Shown here one piece after another: positions 42,199-53,423 of a DNA stretch of 64,000 nucleotides. Under the pieces are notes generated by a model. The model worked only from the letters and a program-made list of their open reading frames with translations. It made no database searches and was not told the DNA's origin. How positions within the stretch are numbered: position 1 is the first letter of the stretch; each line of letters begins with the position of its first letter. The position numbers were made by a program, and so were the translations under genes. Location: the NCBI GenBank assembly GCA_963843555.1, contig CAWJKV010000007.1, positions 160,001 to 224,000 of the forward strand, written 5' to 3'. The stretch is from an uncultured Methanosarcinales archaeon (GTDB lineage: Archaea > Halobacteriota > Methanosarcinia > Methanotrichales > Methanotrichaceae).

Positions 42199-43432
42199 TC
42201 AGAGAAATATCCAGTAGACCAGCACATTCAGGACCGTCAGTGGCACGCCCACCCGCGCGAAATCCAGGAAGGTCAGCGTCTCGCCGCTCTTCTCCGCATT
42301 TTGGATTATTATCACGTTGCTTGCGGCGCCCAGGATGAAGAGGTTCCCGGCGATGGTGCTTCCCGCGGCCAGGGCCATGAGATCCTTTGAAGTGGGATTC
42401 AGCAGGAGCGGCTGGAAGAGGGCGACGAATGGCACATTGGAGATGATCTGGCTGAAGAGGACGCTCAGAGCCAGGATGGCGGGAATGGATGTGAAGCTTG
42501 CAGAATTTCCCACCAGGAAGGTCTGGAAAGCTCCCGACCTCCAGACGCTGTCCATCAGTACGAACATGGCCGCAAAGAAGACAAGAGTGCTCCAGTCAAT
42601 ATTTTTCAGAACATCAAATCTTCTCCCAGATAAGAGGATGATGGGCAGGGCGGAGAGAACGGCGATATAAGTCAGCCGGAATTCCTCTCCACTGCCGAAA
42701 ATGACGGCCGCGATCTTTGCCGATATCAATATGAGTAACAAAATCACTGAGATCCGGGAGAGACGGGCAAGCTTTGGATCCCGGATCTGCTCCTGGCAGA
42801 TCTGCAAGGGACGGTGCTGGAACTGATCCCTGTAAAAGAGCCGGAGCAGCAGATAAGCCAGCAGAAGGTTGACGACTGTAGGAATAAACAGGTATCGCAG
42901 GAAGACCAGGAACGGATTGGCCAGACTTCCATTGATGGCGATGAGGAGATTTTGCGGATTGCCGATAGGACTCAATGCGCTTCCGGTGGTCACGGCAAAG
43001 GCCAGAGTCAGGAGGAGCAGTTTGGGGGATATCCTGAGCATCCTTGCCAGGTAGAGCACGAATGGCGTGCCGATTATGGCCAGAGTATCATTCATGAGCA
43101 GGGCGGATAGAAACCCCATGACAAAGAGAATAAGGAGCACGAGCTGATCCAGATTCTTTGCCCGGCAAAATATCTGGTTGAAGAGATGAATGAGATAGCC
43201 GCTCTCCGACATGGCCTCTCCTATCACAAACATCCCTGCCCAGGAATATCATCACATCCAGATTTATAGCACGAGCTGCAACTTCAGGGGTCGTCTCGCC
43301 AAAGATGAGAACTACCAGAGCGCCCAGCAGCATAATCTGCCAGATCTGAAGCTTGAATTCCCCAAACTGCCTAATGGCTATGAGGATCAGAACAGCAGCC
43401 AGAGCTACGACGGAAACATTAGTATCGAGCAT
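42199..43432 (-). CDS. ArsB/NhaD/SLC13-family anion transporter, frameshift near 43235
   Basis: SALLMNDT, SPIGNPQN, ISNVP, AGSTIAGNL..AASN. Confidence 0.85.
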
Positions 43433-43715
43433 ACAATCTAGAATTCCAGGGTTTCTTGACTATTGTTCCCCGGCTCTTCTCACTGCCATTTATAAAGGGA
43501 TCGCTATCAAAAAGTTCTGAATCGAGCCAGATAATATTATAAAATTACTCCATTGACCTCGTAATCTCTTAGAGAAAGATCATAACATATAATCCTGACC
43601 GACATCCTTATAGCTTGCAAAAATGCTACATGCTACCACATACCATGACATTTCGTTGAGGGGATGTTGTGTTGTAGCGGCTGCATAGAGAGCAGCCAAA
43701 GGGTTGGTGTTAAGC

Positions 43716-43904
43716 ATGCTCGGCATTGATGATCCTTGGGTCTGGGGCGTCTATCTTCTTTGCATTTTTAGTACGCTCTTGTGCGTGATTTACGGCATTA
43801 TCAACTGGAATCGAGGCGGAGAGCAGGAATCCCAGCAGATTGAAGAGGAAGCTGCATGGGAGACCGGCGAGGAAGAGATGCAGGAAAAAGAGCTGGGGCT
43901 GTGA
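43716..43904 (+). CDS. Small symporter accessory membrane protein
   Basis: MLGIDDPWVW..CVIYGIINWN; directly upstream of SSS gene. Confidence 0.8.
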   Translation: MLGIDDPWVWGVYLLCIFSTLLCVIYGIINWNRGGEQESQQIEEEAAWETGEEEMQEKELGL

Positions 43905-43909
43905 TTTAG

Positions 43910-45496
43910 ATGAATCTCCTTCTTTTAAATGTCATTATCCTGATCTATCTGCTGGCCACGCTATATCTCGGGTACCGAGGTTGGAAATCCACCAAGGACT
44001 CGGAAGGCTACCTGGTGGCGGGCAGGAAGACCCATCCCTATATCATGGCCATGAGCTATGGTGCCACATTCATCAGCACCTCGGCCATAGTCGGCTTCGG
44101 CGGCATAGCCGGCCTCTACGGCATGGGCCTCTTGTGGCTGACTCTGCTCAACATCTTCGTGGGGATCTTTGTGGCCTTCATAGTTTATGGGAAGCGCACC
44201 AGAAAAATGGGTCACAACCTCAATGCCATGACCTTCCCCGAGCTCTTGGGCAAGCGATTTGATAGCAAATTCATCCAGTATTTCAGCGGTCTCGTGATCT
44301 TCTTTGGCATGCCGCTCTATGCCGCGGTGGTTTTGATCGGAGCAGCTCGCTTTATGGAGGCAACTCTGGCCATAGACTTCAATGTGGCATTGCTCATTTA
44401 CTCTGTTATCATCGCTGCCTATGTGATCTGGGGAGGTCTGCGCGGAGTCATGTACACCGACGCCTTGCAGGGCACCATAATGTTTGTGGGCATGGCCCTT
44501 CTCCTGGTTATGACTTACTTCCAACTGGGAGGCGTAACGGCTGCTAACCAGGCCCTTACGGATATGGCTTACCTGGTTCCGCCAAATCTCGCTGCCCAGG
44601 GTGACACCGGCTGGACGTCGATGCCCGCCTTTGGAAGCCCCTGGTGGTGGTCTCTGATATCTACCATTGTCATGGGAGTGGGAATAGGAGTTCTGGCCAT
44701 GCCTCAGCTCGTGGTGCGATTCATGACCGTAAAGTCCAACAAGGAGCTGAACAGGGGCGTATTGATTGGAGGCATTTTCATTCTGGCCATGACCGGCGTC
44801 GCCTTCGTGGTGGGGGCTCTCACTAATGTGTTCTTCTACCAGACACAGAACAACATATCCATAGAGGTTGCCAAGGGCAATGCCGACAGCATAATTCCCA
44901 TCTATATCAACGCCGCCACGCCGGAGTGGTTCGTCTACATCTTCATGCTCACGCTTCTGGCGGCAGCTATGTCGACCTCCAGCTCCCAGTTCCATGCCCA
45001 GGGAAGCGCCATAGGCAGGGATATCTACGAGACGCTGACCCGGAAAAAGGGCGGTAGCTCCATACTGATCACGAGAGTGGGGATTGTAACTGCCATAATA
45101 ATTGCCGTCACCCTCGGTTATATCCTTCCCGCGAACATAATAGCCCGCGGCACGGCGATCTTCTTCGGCCTATGTGCTGCCGCTTTCCTTCCCATGTACT
45201 CCTCTGCCCTCTACTGGCGAGGAGCCACCAGGGCCGGAGCCATGGCAGGCTTAATTACCGGCACATTCGTAACCGTCTTCTGGTATCTGTTCATCCACAA
45301 AGCCGAGGCAGTACCACTGGGGATATGCAAGATGCTCCTGGGCAGAGACGTCCTGATCACTCAGATGCCCTGGCCCGTCGTGGATCCAATCGTGGTAGCC
45401 CTGCCTGTGGCGATACTGGTAACTGTGGCCGTCAGCCTGGTGACGAAGAAGATGAACGAAAAGCATCTGGAGGAATGCTTTAAAGGATTGAAATAG
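43910..45496 (+). CDS. Sodium:solute symporter
   Basis: ATFISTSAIVGFGG, GGLRGVMYTD, AAAMST. Confidence 0.92.
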   Translation: MNLLLLNVIILIYLLATLYLGYRGWKSTKDSEGYLVAGRKTHPYIMAMSYGATFISTSAIVGFGGIAGLYGMGLLWLTLLNIFVGIFVAFIVYGKRTRKMGHNLNAMTFPELLGKRFDSKFIQYFSGLVIFFGMPLYAAVVLIGAARFMEATLAIDFNVALLIYSVIIAAYVIWGGLRGVMYTDALQGTIMFVGMALLLVMTYFQLGGVTAANQALTDMAYLVPPNLAAQGDTGWTSMPAFGSPWWWSLISTIVMGVGIGVLAMPQLVVRFMTVKSNKELNRGVLIGGIFILAMTGVAFVVGALTNVFFYQTQNNISIEVAKGNADSIIPIYINAATPEWFVYIFMLTLLAAAMSTSSSQFHAQGSAIGRDIYETLTRKKGGSSILITRVGIVTAIIIAVTLGYILPANIIARGTAIFFGLCAAAFLPMYSSALYWRGATRAGAMAGLITGTFVTVFWYLFIHKAEAVPLGICKMLLGRDVLITQMPWPVVDPIVVALPVAILVTVAVSLVTKKMNEKHLEECFKGLK

Positions 45497-45500
45497 ATTC

Positions 45501-46098
45501 TTATTTTTTCGACTTCAGCTCCTTTGGAATAACCCTCGGCACCTCTTTCTGGTAGTCTTCGTACTCTTTGCCGAACTGATAACGCAGCCTTCTCTCCCAA
45601 TGAAGTGATCCCAGGAAGAGGTAAACCGATGTCATGGCGTAAAGGACCAATAGCCTGGAGGTCATAAATGGAGTAAGCCACATCTGCAGGAGACCGGAGA
45701 GGAGGAACGGGTCCTGCACGAAGCAATAGATGCCTCGCGGATTTGAGAGGCTCCGGATTCTCGGCCTTGCGGAGCTGCTGGCTTATGGAGAATCTGTGAG
45801 GTGCATTAATGAAGGCGAGGATGGTCGCCATGCTCGCCATGAGCTGACCGGTAACCATCAGCCATCGCCAGGGCGACTTGATTGTGTAGAGCCTCTTGCC
45901 GGGAGACAACAAGAAAAGCAGTGCCAATGGCGCCAGGGTGATGGCGGCGAATATACTGAAGAACTTTACATACCAGCTATCCATGCCTGGCCCGAAGATG
46001 TGCCAGACGAGACTCTTGAACTGCCTGCTTACCAGGAGGCTATGCAGAGCCGCATAGGCGGGCAGGTAGGCAAACTGAATGGCGCTGATCATTGACAT
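45501..46098 (-). CDS. ICMT/NnrU-like membrane protein, frameshift near 45740
   Basis: LHSLL; GIYCFVQDP; HWERRL..FGKEYEDYQKEVPR. Confidence 0.6.
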
Positions 46099-46165
46099 AG
46101 AGATCAGATCTCCTCTACATTTTGAACTGACTATCCAATCAAGTGCTATTATCTGTAAATCGCAT

Positions 46166-47504
46166 TTAATCAGGTTTTCGCTTCACCTGCAGCCTCGTCC
46201 CCGCCTTTGCCACAATCACTACCTTCTCACCCTTCTCCACCGGCTCCCTTGCCTCTGCTCTCCAGTACTCACCCTGGAAAAGCACATAGCCTTCCGGGTC
46301 CAGCCTGTCGATGGCCTCTGCTTCCTCGCCATCAAATCGATCATTTTCAGGCGGAGCAAATCTGGCCCGGGCCACCTTATAAATGGCAAGGGCCAGGAAT
46401 AAGCCCAGTATCAGCGAGGGCAGAATGAGAGCTAGGGCCATCGACTGCTGGTAGCTTCCCGGTACGTACCACTGGGGAAAGCTGGTGGGCACGAAAAGGA
46501 CGCTGCCGACGATAACGCATATCAGGCCGGCCACGGCCAGAATTCCAAAGGAATGGCTGTGAAGTTCTGCCAGGATCAGCCCCAATCCCAGCAGGAGCAG
46601 GAAAACAGCTCCAATATTCACATTAAAGCCCAGTCCAATCAGGCCCAGTGCTAAAGCCGTCACGCCAAAGACTTCTGCACCCACTCCCGGGCTGGAGAGT
46701 CCGAACACAAGGGCATAAAGGCCGATCAACATCAGCAATCCGGCAATCGTGGGGTCCGACAGGAGCGACTGGAACTGCAAGTTGAGTGGCGGCTCAAAAT
46801 ACTCTACCTTTGCCCCCGAGGTGATCAGGGTAGCATTCTTCGCCCTGCTGCCGTTGATCTGGCTCAGCAGATCCTCGGGCGAGGCTGCAATGTACTCCAC
46901 GACGCTGTAGTTCCTGGCCTCATCAGCGTTCAGGTTCAGATTGGAGAGCACGAACTCCCTGGCTGCTGTCGTGTTTCGCCCGTGCTTTCTCGCTTTCTCC
47001 TCGATCAGAGCCACGATAGCATTGATGGTCTTGCTGTCGTTTATCGGCACTGTTCCGCCTGTGGGAGAGAGCTGCACCGGCTGAGCTGAGCCGATGATAG
47101 TATGCGGCGCCATGGCTGCCACATCGGAGCTGACCAGAATGATTGTTCCCGCAGACCAGGCGAAGGCGTCTTCCGGGTAGACATAGACGACAACAGGCAA
47201 CTTCGTCTCCTCCATCTGCCTCAGGATTTCCGTGGTCTCTGCCAGGCCGCCGCCCGGTGTGTCCAAAAGAATCATCAAAGCCAGGGCCTCTTCCGCCTCC
47301 GCTGCACCAATGGCGGCGAGAACAATGTCATCGCTGACGGGCGTAATAGCACCCCGCAACTCGACAGCCAGGACCGACCCGTTCGATCCAGCAGAGGCCG
47401 AGCTGGCAGGGTTAACAGAGAGCAATAAAATTAAAATTAAAAATAGAAGGTCAATAAAGCCCGCTCTGTTCCCTGCTCCCGAGCCGGGACCGGATTGCCT
47501 TCAT
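46166..47504 (-). CDS. nfeD: NfeD/STOPP membrane serine protease (start uncertain; probable N-terminal frameshift)
   Basis: LDTPGG, AWSAG, IGSAQP, C-terminal GEYWRA OB domain; adjacent to stomatin. Confidence 0.88.
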
Positions 47505-47511
47505 ATGCCTT

Positions 47512-48372
47512 TTAACTCCTGGATCTTGCTGCCTCAGTATCCGCTTCTCTTAAGGCCGTTCGCTTTGCCTCATCCGCCCGGTTCGCTTCCTTTTCGGAAA
47601 GCTCCCTGTTTAGAGCCGCCGTCAGACCTGCAATTGAGCCCGTTCCCGTATCGCCGGCAGGAGTGACGACGATGAGCGTCTTCTCCCTGGCGATATCTAC
47701 CAGAGTCTGCAGCTCCCTCAGCTTCAAGGCTGCAGGAACTTCTTCATAAAGCCGGGCGGCATCGGTCATTGTCTTGGAGGCCTGGAACTCGCCATCCGCC
47801 AGAATGATGCGTGACCTCTTTTCCCGCTCCGACTCCGCCTGCTTGGCAATTGCCCTTCTCATCGATTCAGGCAGAGCGACATCCCGCAGTGTGACTGCTG
47901 TTACCTTGATTCCCCAGGGATCGGTATGCTTATCCAGGATCTCTTGCAGCTTCTTGTTCAATTCATCGCGCTTGCAGAGAAGATCATCCAGTTCGATCTG
48001 GCCCAGAACGTCCCGCAAGGTAGTCTGCGACAGCAAAGACGTGGCCATCTTGTAGTTCTCCACCTGAATGACAGCTCGAGCGGGATCGACCACCCGGTAG
48101 TAGATGACCGCATCCACTTCCACGCTCACGTTGTCCTTGGTTATGACCACCTGCTTGGCCACGTCGATGGTGAAAACTCTCAGGTCGAGCTGCATCACTC
48201 GATCGATGATGGGAATTATAAGAAATATGCCGGGCCCCTTCACACCACTGAAGCGTCCCAGTCGAAATATGACCACTCGTTCATACTCTCGAACGATCTT
48301 TACAGCCTGGGATAGTACGACCAGCACAATCAGAATCAGCAGAGCTATGATAGCATTATCAAATAAAGCCAA
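47512..48372 (-). CDS. SPFH/stomatin (slipin) protein
   Basis: YERVVIFRLG, TKDNV, QTTLR, QAESERE, LRELQTL. Confidence 0.92.
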   Translation of the reverse strand: MALFDNAIIALLILIVLVVLSQAVKIVREYERVVIFRLGRFSGVKGPGIFLIIPIIDRVMQLDLRVFTIDVAKQVVITKDNVSVEVDAVIYYRVVDPARAVIQVENYKMATSLLSQTTLRDVLGQIELDDLLCKRDELNKKLQEILDKHTDPWGIKVTAVTLRDVALPESMRRAIAKQAESEREKRSRIILADGEFQASKTMTDAARLYEEVPAALKLRELQTLVDIAREKTLIVVTPAGDTGTGSIAGLTAALNRELSEKEANRADEAKRTALREADTEAARSRS

Positions 48373-48489
48373 ATAAACACCATCAGGTAAGCGTCCTTCT
48401 TATCTTAAATACCTACCCTGCAATATCCAGAAAAGAGTGAATCAGGTCCGAGAATAGAGACCTGGGCTTAGACCTGGGGCACGAATAGA

Positions 48490-48675
48490 CTATTTCTTGA
48501 ACTCTGTGTAACCGCACTTTCCGCAGCTCTGACGATCTCCATGCTCCGCCAGGAATACGCCGTTTCCACATCGCGGGCAAACAGATTTCTTGGTCTTGAT
48601 GGTGTCTCCGCTCACTTCATAGTATTTGGCTGCACCATTTACCTCACCCTTCTTGCCCTTCTTTGCGGCTGCCAT
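48490..48675 (-). CDS. rps27ae: 30S ribosomal protein S27ae
   Basis: CPRCG.GVFLAEH..R.SCGKCG. Confidence 0.95.
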   Translation of the reverse strand: MAAAKKGKKGEVNGAAKYYEVSGDTIKTKKSVCPRCGNGVFLAEHGDRQSCGKCGYTEFKK

Positions 48676-48984
48676 CTAGCTTGCCTCCGGCTTGGCTTCC
48701 TCGGGCTTGGTGAATGTGTTTCGCTCTATGATATGAACTCTCTCCACCTGCTTGGCCCTTTCTGCAGTCTCGTAGATCTTGGCATAACCAATGGTCTCGC
48801 GCTTTCCAAACTCCGTCTTCATGCTGTCCACGAAGACGAGGCTGCTCTTCGAGTTCATTGTTGCAGCCAATCTCTCCACAACGCTCTTTCTGGAAGGTGT
48901 GGACTCATCGTGAATAACCTTGAAAACAATCTCCCGCCGATTCAGGTTGGGGTTGTTCTTTTCTTCTATAACCTGTATATCCAA
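48676..48984 (-). CDS. rps24e: 30S ribosomal protein S24e
   Basis: NPNLNRREI, TPSR, GYAKIY. Confidence 0.95.
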   Translation of the reverse strand: MDIQVIEEKNNPNLNRREIVFKVIHDESTPSRKSVVERLAATMNSKSSLVFVDSMKTEFGKRETIGYAKIYETAERAKQVERVHIIERNTFTKPEEAKPEAS

Positions 48985-48987
48985 CTT

Positions 48988-49518
48988 TCATTCCTCCACT
49001 ATCATTTGTTTCATAAATTCATCAATTCGCGTCTTCATCTCAGGTGTAACATCGACCAGGACACTTCCCTCATCGGGCTGGCCATAAACCACCACGGAAC
49101 CCAAGGGGGCATAGAGTATGGCTGGAAGAGTCGCCAGATCCTCTTCGCCATCTACTACTATCTTCACCCTCTGGTCGCCGTTTAGAGATTCTCTGATCAC
49201 GTCTATGAGCTCTTTTGTCAGAGTTGCCGCAGGGTTTTTTACTTCAATCGTCTTATAGCTATCGTGATCCAGACTCGTTACGATGTGATCTGGGACCGGC
49301 ATCCTCTTGGTTTTGTTGTCGACGACGGCCAGGTCCGGCACTATGGATGCGGTCAAAAGATAGAATGCCGTCATATCACCAACTGCTGCAACTTTCTTGG
49401 CGGCCATCAGCTTCTTTTTCATAGCTATTGTGCAGTCCAGGCCATTTCCCTTGAACAGCCTGCCCAGAGGATCTTTCAGCTGAAGTCGCAGCTCTTCTGG
49501 AAGACGGAGTAGACGCAA
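48988..49518 (-). CDS. GTP-dependent dephospho-CoA kinase (DUF359)
   Basis: VGD, VDNKTKR, DGEEDL, YGQP; conserved operon position. Confidence 0.9.
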   Translation of the reverse strand: MRLLRLPEELRLQLKDPLGRLFKGNGLDCTIAMKKKLMAAKKVAAVGDMTAFYLLTASIVPDLAVVDNKTKRMPVPDHIVTSLDHDSYKTIEVKNPAATLTKELIDVIRESLNGDQRVKIVVDGEEDLATLPAILYAPLGSVVVYGQPDEGSVLVDVTPEMKTRIDEFMKQMIVEE

Positions 49519-49519
49519 T

Positions 49520-49705
49520 CTATCGCACCTTCAAAGCATACCTTCCGGGAAGGGTAATCTCCAGCTTCTGCGCGATGATCGACTCTTTGGGATCGATGAT
49601 CACGACATATCCACTCCAGTCTTTGCTGAGCGAGGCTGAGTTGCAGATGGGACAGACCTGCCCCTCAACTATTCTGCGACATTCTCTGCATGCCTGCTCT
49701 GTCAT
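49520..49705 (-). CDS. spt4: Transcription elongation factor Spt4 (RpoE2)
   Basis: ACRECR..CPIC..W.GYVVIIDP..PGRYALKVR. Confidence 0.95.
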   Translation of the reverse strand: MTEQACRECRRIVEGQVCPICNSASLSKDWSGYVVIIDPKESIIAQKLEITLPGRYALKVR

Positions 49706-50280
49706 TTCGCCTCTGCCTCAACGCTTACTTCCGCTTTAGTATCGGCTTCAAGCCACTCCTGTTTTCCTAAGCCCGTCTGCCTCATGGTGAGCCCGATCTT
49801 GCTCTCGCGAGGCTCTTTTTCATTCAGGCTTACGGCTATAACCCTGGCTCGAACCTTATCCCCTTCTGCTAAGGACTTGTTCGACTCTTTGCTGACCAGC
49901 CGCGCGTTCTTTTCATCATAAGATATATACTCATTGGTGATCTGGCTGACATGCAGAAGGCCATCGAATGGTCCTAAAGAGAGGAATGCACCGAATTTGA
50001 CGATCTCCACGATCTCGCCTTCGATGATCTCCTGCATCTCGGGATTGAAGACGAGGGCATCGAAATTCACTTCGTAGTAAATGGACCCGTCTCCGGCCAG
50101 GATGTGACCTTCTCCAATATTATCCGCTCCGAGCACGGCCACGATGGTTCCTAAAGACTTGTCAACTACTGCCTCGTATTTGTCGCGCAGTGCCTTGTCC
50201 ACCGCCGCCTCGAGGGGATCACCCAGATGATCCGGCTCGATCTTGGCCACACCCTTAAGCTTCATCTTCTTATACATCAA
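49702..50280 (-). CDS. rpoE1: RNA polymerase subunit E' (Rpo7)
   Basis: GDGSIY, FGAF..GPFDGLLHVSQI, KIGLTMRQ. Confidence 0.95.
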   Translation of the reverse strand: MMYKKMKLKGVAKIEPDHLGDPLEAAVDKALRDKYEAVVDKSLGTIVAVLGADNIGEGHILAGDGSIYYEVNFDALVFNPEMQEIIEGEIVEIVKFGAFLSLGPFDGLLHVSQITNEYISYDEKNARLVSKESNKSLAEGDKVRARVIAVSLNEKEPRESKIGLTMRQTGLGKQEWLEADTKAEVSVEAEAK

Positions 50281-50687
50281 TACTCCTTCTTCGTCGCCTC
50301 TAGATACCGTCCCTGGCGCAGGTATATTACGGTGATGCCTTTACTAAATAACCTTTTCTTCAGAGCTTTGTCATTGGTGAAGACGGCTGCGCCTTCGCTT
50401 ATGGCCAGCTCCTCGATGGCTTGATCGGCATCAAAATTGTCTTCTCCAACGATATGGCAGCACTCGGAGAGTCCCAGTGCCACGCGGGCAGCAATTTTGT
50501 CCCTTCCTTTATCGGCCTTGGTTGCCAGAGAACGGAGCTCTCCCAGGACCTCGGCCGGAACGATCCACTGCACATATCCCAGACGCTGCAGCTCGTTGAA
50601 GATATCCACTCCGAACTGCTCGGGCACCATCAATGCGTTTGTGTCGATGATTACCTTTATGCTATCTGTATCGAGGATTTCCTTCAT
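50277..50687 (-). CDS. PIN-domain protein (Fcf1-like)
   Basis: IIDTNALM, EL, AD, TND; operon position. Confidence 0.9.
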   Translation of the reverse strand: MKEILDTDSIKVIIDTNALMVPEQFGVDIFNELQRLGYVQWIVPAEVLGELRSLATKADKGRDKIAARVALGLSECCHIVGEDNFDADQAIEELAISEGAAVFTNDKALKKRLFSKGITVIYLRQGRYLEATKKEY

Positions 50688-50696
50688 GCCGCTCGA

Positions 50697-51992
50697 TTAC
50701 TCAATTATGGTGCCGACGCCAATGAGCCGCCATCTGGCGCCAATGCGCCTGCTCACGGCCACGCGGTCTCCCTTATCGGCGCAGACGGGCCTCTTGAGCT
50801 GCACCTGCACCACGCCGCCCTCACGAGCACTGGTGACGACTCCCACGGTTGTGGCTGTGCCGACGTTGAGCATGAGCGGCTCGCTGGAGTGGATGGGCTC
50901 TACATTGGATTCGTCCGTAACTCCCACGACCCTTTCCAGGAGCTGCATATTCATGGTAAAAGTGCCTCTTGCGGGCGGAAGTTTGCCGGGTTCGCCTGCA
51001 ACCTGGCCCACCAGAGCATCACTCTTGGTCATGATGGGGTCGAGCAGAGTGCCTACGCCCATCAGGCCGCCGGGAGTTATCTCATCCTGGACATGACTTC
51101 CGGCCAGAAGAGTTACAACTTTGGTCTGAATGGGGACCCATTGTTTCCTGCCTTCGTATTCCACCAGCCTGCCCGGGCAGATCTCTATCTTGTCGCCTAT
51201 GTGCAGCACTCCCTGGCTGAGGGAGCCGCCGATGACTCCGCCTTTGAGGGCCTCCGGCGAGGCTCCTGGCCTATTGATATCGAAGGATCGAGCGACCTTC
51301 AACAAGGGGGGCTTGTTAATGTCTCGGGACGGCGTGGGTATTTTCTCCTCGATGGCCTGTATGACCATATCGACATTCAGGTTCTGCTGAGCTGAAATTG
51401 GAACAATGGAAGCATTTTCGGCAACGGTTCCTTTTATGAAATCTTTGATCTGGCGATAGTGCTCCAGTACTTCTTCCCGGGACATGAGATCGATCTTATT
51501 TTGCACTATCACGATTTTATCGATACCTGAGATGTTGAGGGCCATGAGATGCTCTTTGGTCTGCGGCTGGGGGCAGGGCTCATTGGCAGAGATGACGAGC
51601 ACCGCACCATCCATAATGGCGGCTCCGCAGAGCATTGTGGCCATGAGCGTTTCGTGGCCCGGGGAGTCCACGAAGGAAACGGTTCGCAGAACTGCAGTCT
51701 CTGTGCCGCAGTGGGGGCATTTCTCTTCTACGCTATAATTATCCGGCTCCGGGCATTTAGGGCACTTTCTGAAGGTCGCATCCGCATAGCCCAGGCGAAT
51801 GGAGATGCCTCTTTTGACCTCTTCGCTATGCTGATCGGTCCAGACTCCGGAGAGCGACTTAACAAGAGTGGTTTTGCCGTGATCGACATGGCCAACCATG
51901 CCGATATTGACCTCTGGTTTTTTGGGCGCAGGCTTTTCTGCCTCGGTTTTTGGATCTGATTTAACCTCAGATTTGATATCGGATTTTGCCAA
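50697..51992 (-). CDS. eif2g: Translation initiation factor aIF2 gamma
   Basis: [34 protein letters not shown]. Confidence 0.97.
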   Translation of the reverse strand: MAKSDIKSEVKSDPKTEAEKPAPKKPEVNIGMVGHVDHGKTTLVKSLSGVWTDQHSEEVKRGISIRLGYADATFRKCPKCPEPDNYSVEEKCPHCGTETAVLRTVSFVDSPGHETLMATMLCGAAIMDGAVLVISANEPCPQPQTKEHLMALNISGIDKIVIVQNKIDLMSREEVLEHYRQIKDFIKGTVAENASIVPISAQQNLNVDMVIQAIEEKIPTPSRDINKPPLLKVARSFDINRPGASPEALKGGVIGGSLSQGVLHIGDKIEICPGRLVEYEGRKQWVPIQTKVVTLLAGSHVQDEITPGGLMGVGTLLDPIMTKSDALVGQVAGEPGKLPPARGTFTMNMQLLERVVGVTDESNVEPIHSSEPLMLNVGTATTVGVVTSAREGGVVQVQLKRPVCADKGDRVAVSRRIGARWRLIGVGTIIE

Positions 51993-52083
51993 ATTGAAAT
52001 CTCCTTAAGGATTGTAATGATCAGGGGTTGATGGTTATCACTATATAAATACTTCATGGCTCAGCCGTTAGCCCGGGATTCGA

Positions 52084-52333
52084 TTATTTTTCAGCAATTC
52101 TACCTTGTCCAGAATCTCTTTTGAACTCCTTCCACTTCTCAACCGGGATGCGAAATTCCGTTCTTGGACCATCCTGTGTACCTCTCGCTGGTCACATACT
52201 CGCGGATGTCAATTCCTACTGTTTCGTGAAATTCGGTCTTCTCAACAACGATTCTCAGTGGTATCGCTCTTCTTTAATCTTCCCGTCTCCACCATGAAAA
52301 TGCTCCGAGGTTTGGCTTTCGTCTCCCTGCCAT
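52084..52333 (-). CDS. PC4-like ssDNA-binding protein (about 81 aa), hidden by four single-base insertions
   Basis: Removing four extra bases in short runs gives MAGETKAKPRSIFMVETGRLKKSDTTEIVVEKTEFHETVGIDIREYVTSERYTGWSKNGIRIPVEKWKEFKEILDKVELLKK. Confidence 0.65.
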
Positions 52334-52393
52334 AATTGGCTTTCCAGAAAAGGATTTGGGATCAGATCCTTTTGCCAGAGGCTGCTTTCTACT

Positions 52394-53345
52394 CTATCTG
52401 GAAATGTCTACATGGAAGGCTCTTGTGTCTGCCACAATGTTCTCCCAGGACCGTTTGTAGACGAAGTAGATGGTCGTCTTGCCCGGCTTCAAGGGCGTGA
52501 AGACAAATACAGATGTGCCGCCTGAGCCCAGCGCCCCGGATGGGGACTTCTCAAACTCAGTTCTCGCTTGCTCGAGGAGGACGTAATCGTAGTCCGCGGT
52601 CCAATTATATCCTGTAGTGGGATTGGCAGGTATGGAGATGGTGAACGATTCGTTTACCCGGGCCTGGATCAACTGCACCTTCGTCTCCTTATCATCGGGA
52701 ATTATGTAGTTGTCCACGGGCTGCATGAGTGGATAGTAGTCTACATTCTTATCGTTCAGGATCATGGGCTCATCGCCAATTCCGTCGCCGTTCCCGTCCG
52801 TTCCGGCATAGTCGGCCCAGTAGTTGCCCAGGCGGCTGCGCAGCACGCGGCTATTGAACTGGTAATTTATCCCTTCGCTGGAATTCCAGTGAGCAGTCAT
52901 CTTCCGCGCAGACGCCGCTCTGGCTATTGAAATCGTTGAGGAAGATGGTGGCGGGAAGGACGACCTCCAGGGTGCAGTTGTCACTATTAGCCCCGTCGCA
53001 GCAGGGCCGCCGAACAACAAGGAAGCCCCGCAGAACTGCACCATTGAGCAGCCAGAATTACCCGTCCCTTATCCGGATCAAGGGTGGGCTTTCCGCTGCC
53101 CGTGTCCAGGCCGTGCAGATTTACAGGTTTGCCAATTATCAGGGATTCGCGGTAGGTTCCCGTCTCCACAGTTATGGTATCTCCAGGCGAGGCTTCGCCC
53201 AATGCGGCCTGGATGCTGGCATAGTTGCAGCCCTGCGGGCAGACGCGCGTCTCGGCCGCGGACGACGGCGGCAGAATTGCGAGGAGCGCGGCGACGCAAG
53301 GAGGGCGAGCAGGACGGGAATAAATAGTCTTTTGTAATCGGGCAT
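52394..53345 (-). CDS. Secreted NosD/CASH-like + chagasin (I42 protease inhibitor) domain protein, multiple frameshifts
   Basis: Signal peptide; SIQAAL..PGDTITVETGTY; GNYWADY..DGIGD; ANPTTGYNW, GSGG, YKRSWE. Confidence 0.75.
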
Positions 53346-53423
53346 GGTAATATGCAGTAATTAGTCTTGAAATTTATTAGCTTTCTGATCGGCTTGGCAA
53401 GGGAAAAAGGCGGGCGAGCATCC

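Noticed and set aside
43961..44995. Long antisense ORFs (also 50421..51395, 36309..37121, 55315..56022)
   Set aside because: Shadows of well-supported GC-rich genes on the opposite strand, with no recognisable motifs.
46166..48372. NfeD-stomatin pair as a novelty
   Set aside because: Established conserved prokaryotic pair.
48490..51992. aIF2gamma-to-rps27ae operon as a novelty
   Set aside because: Well-known conserved archaeal gene order.
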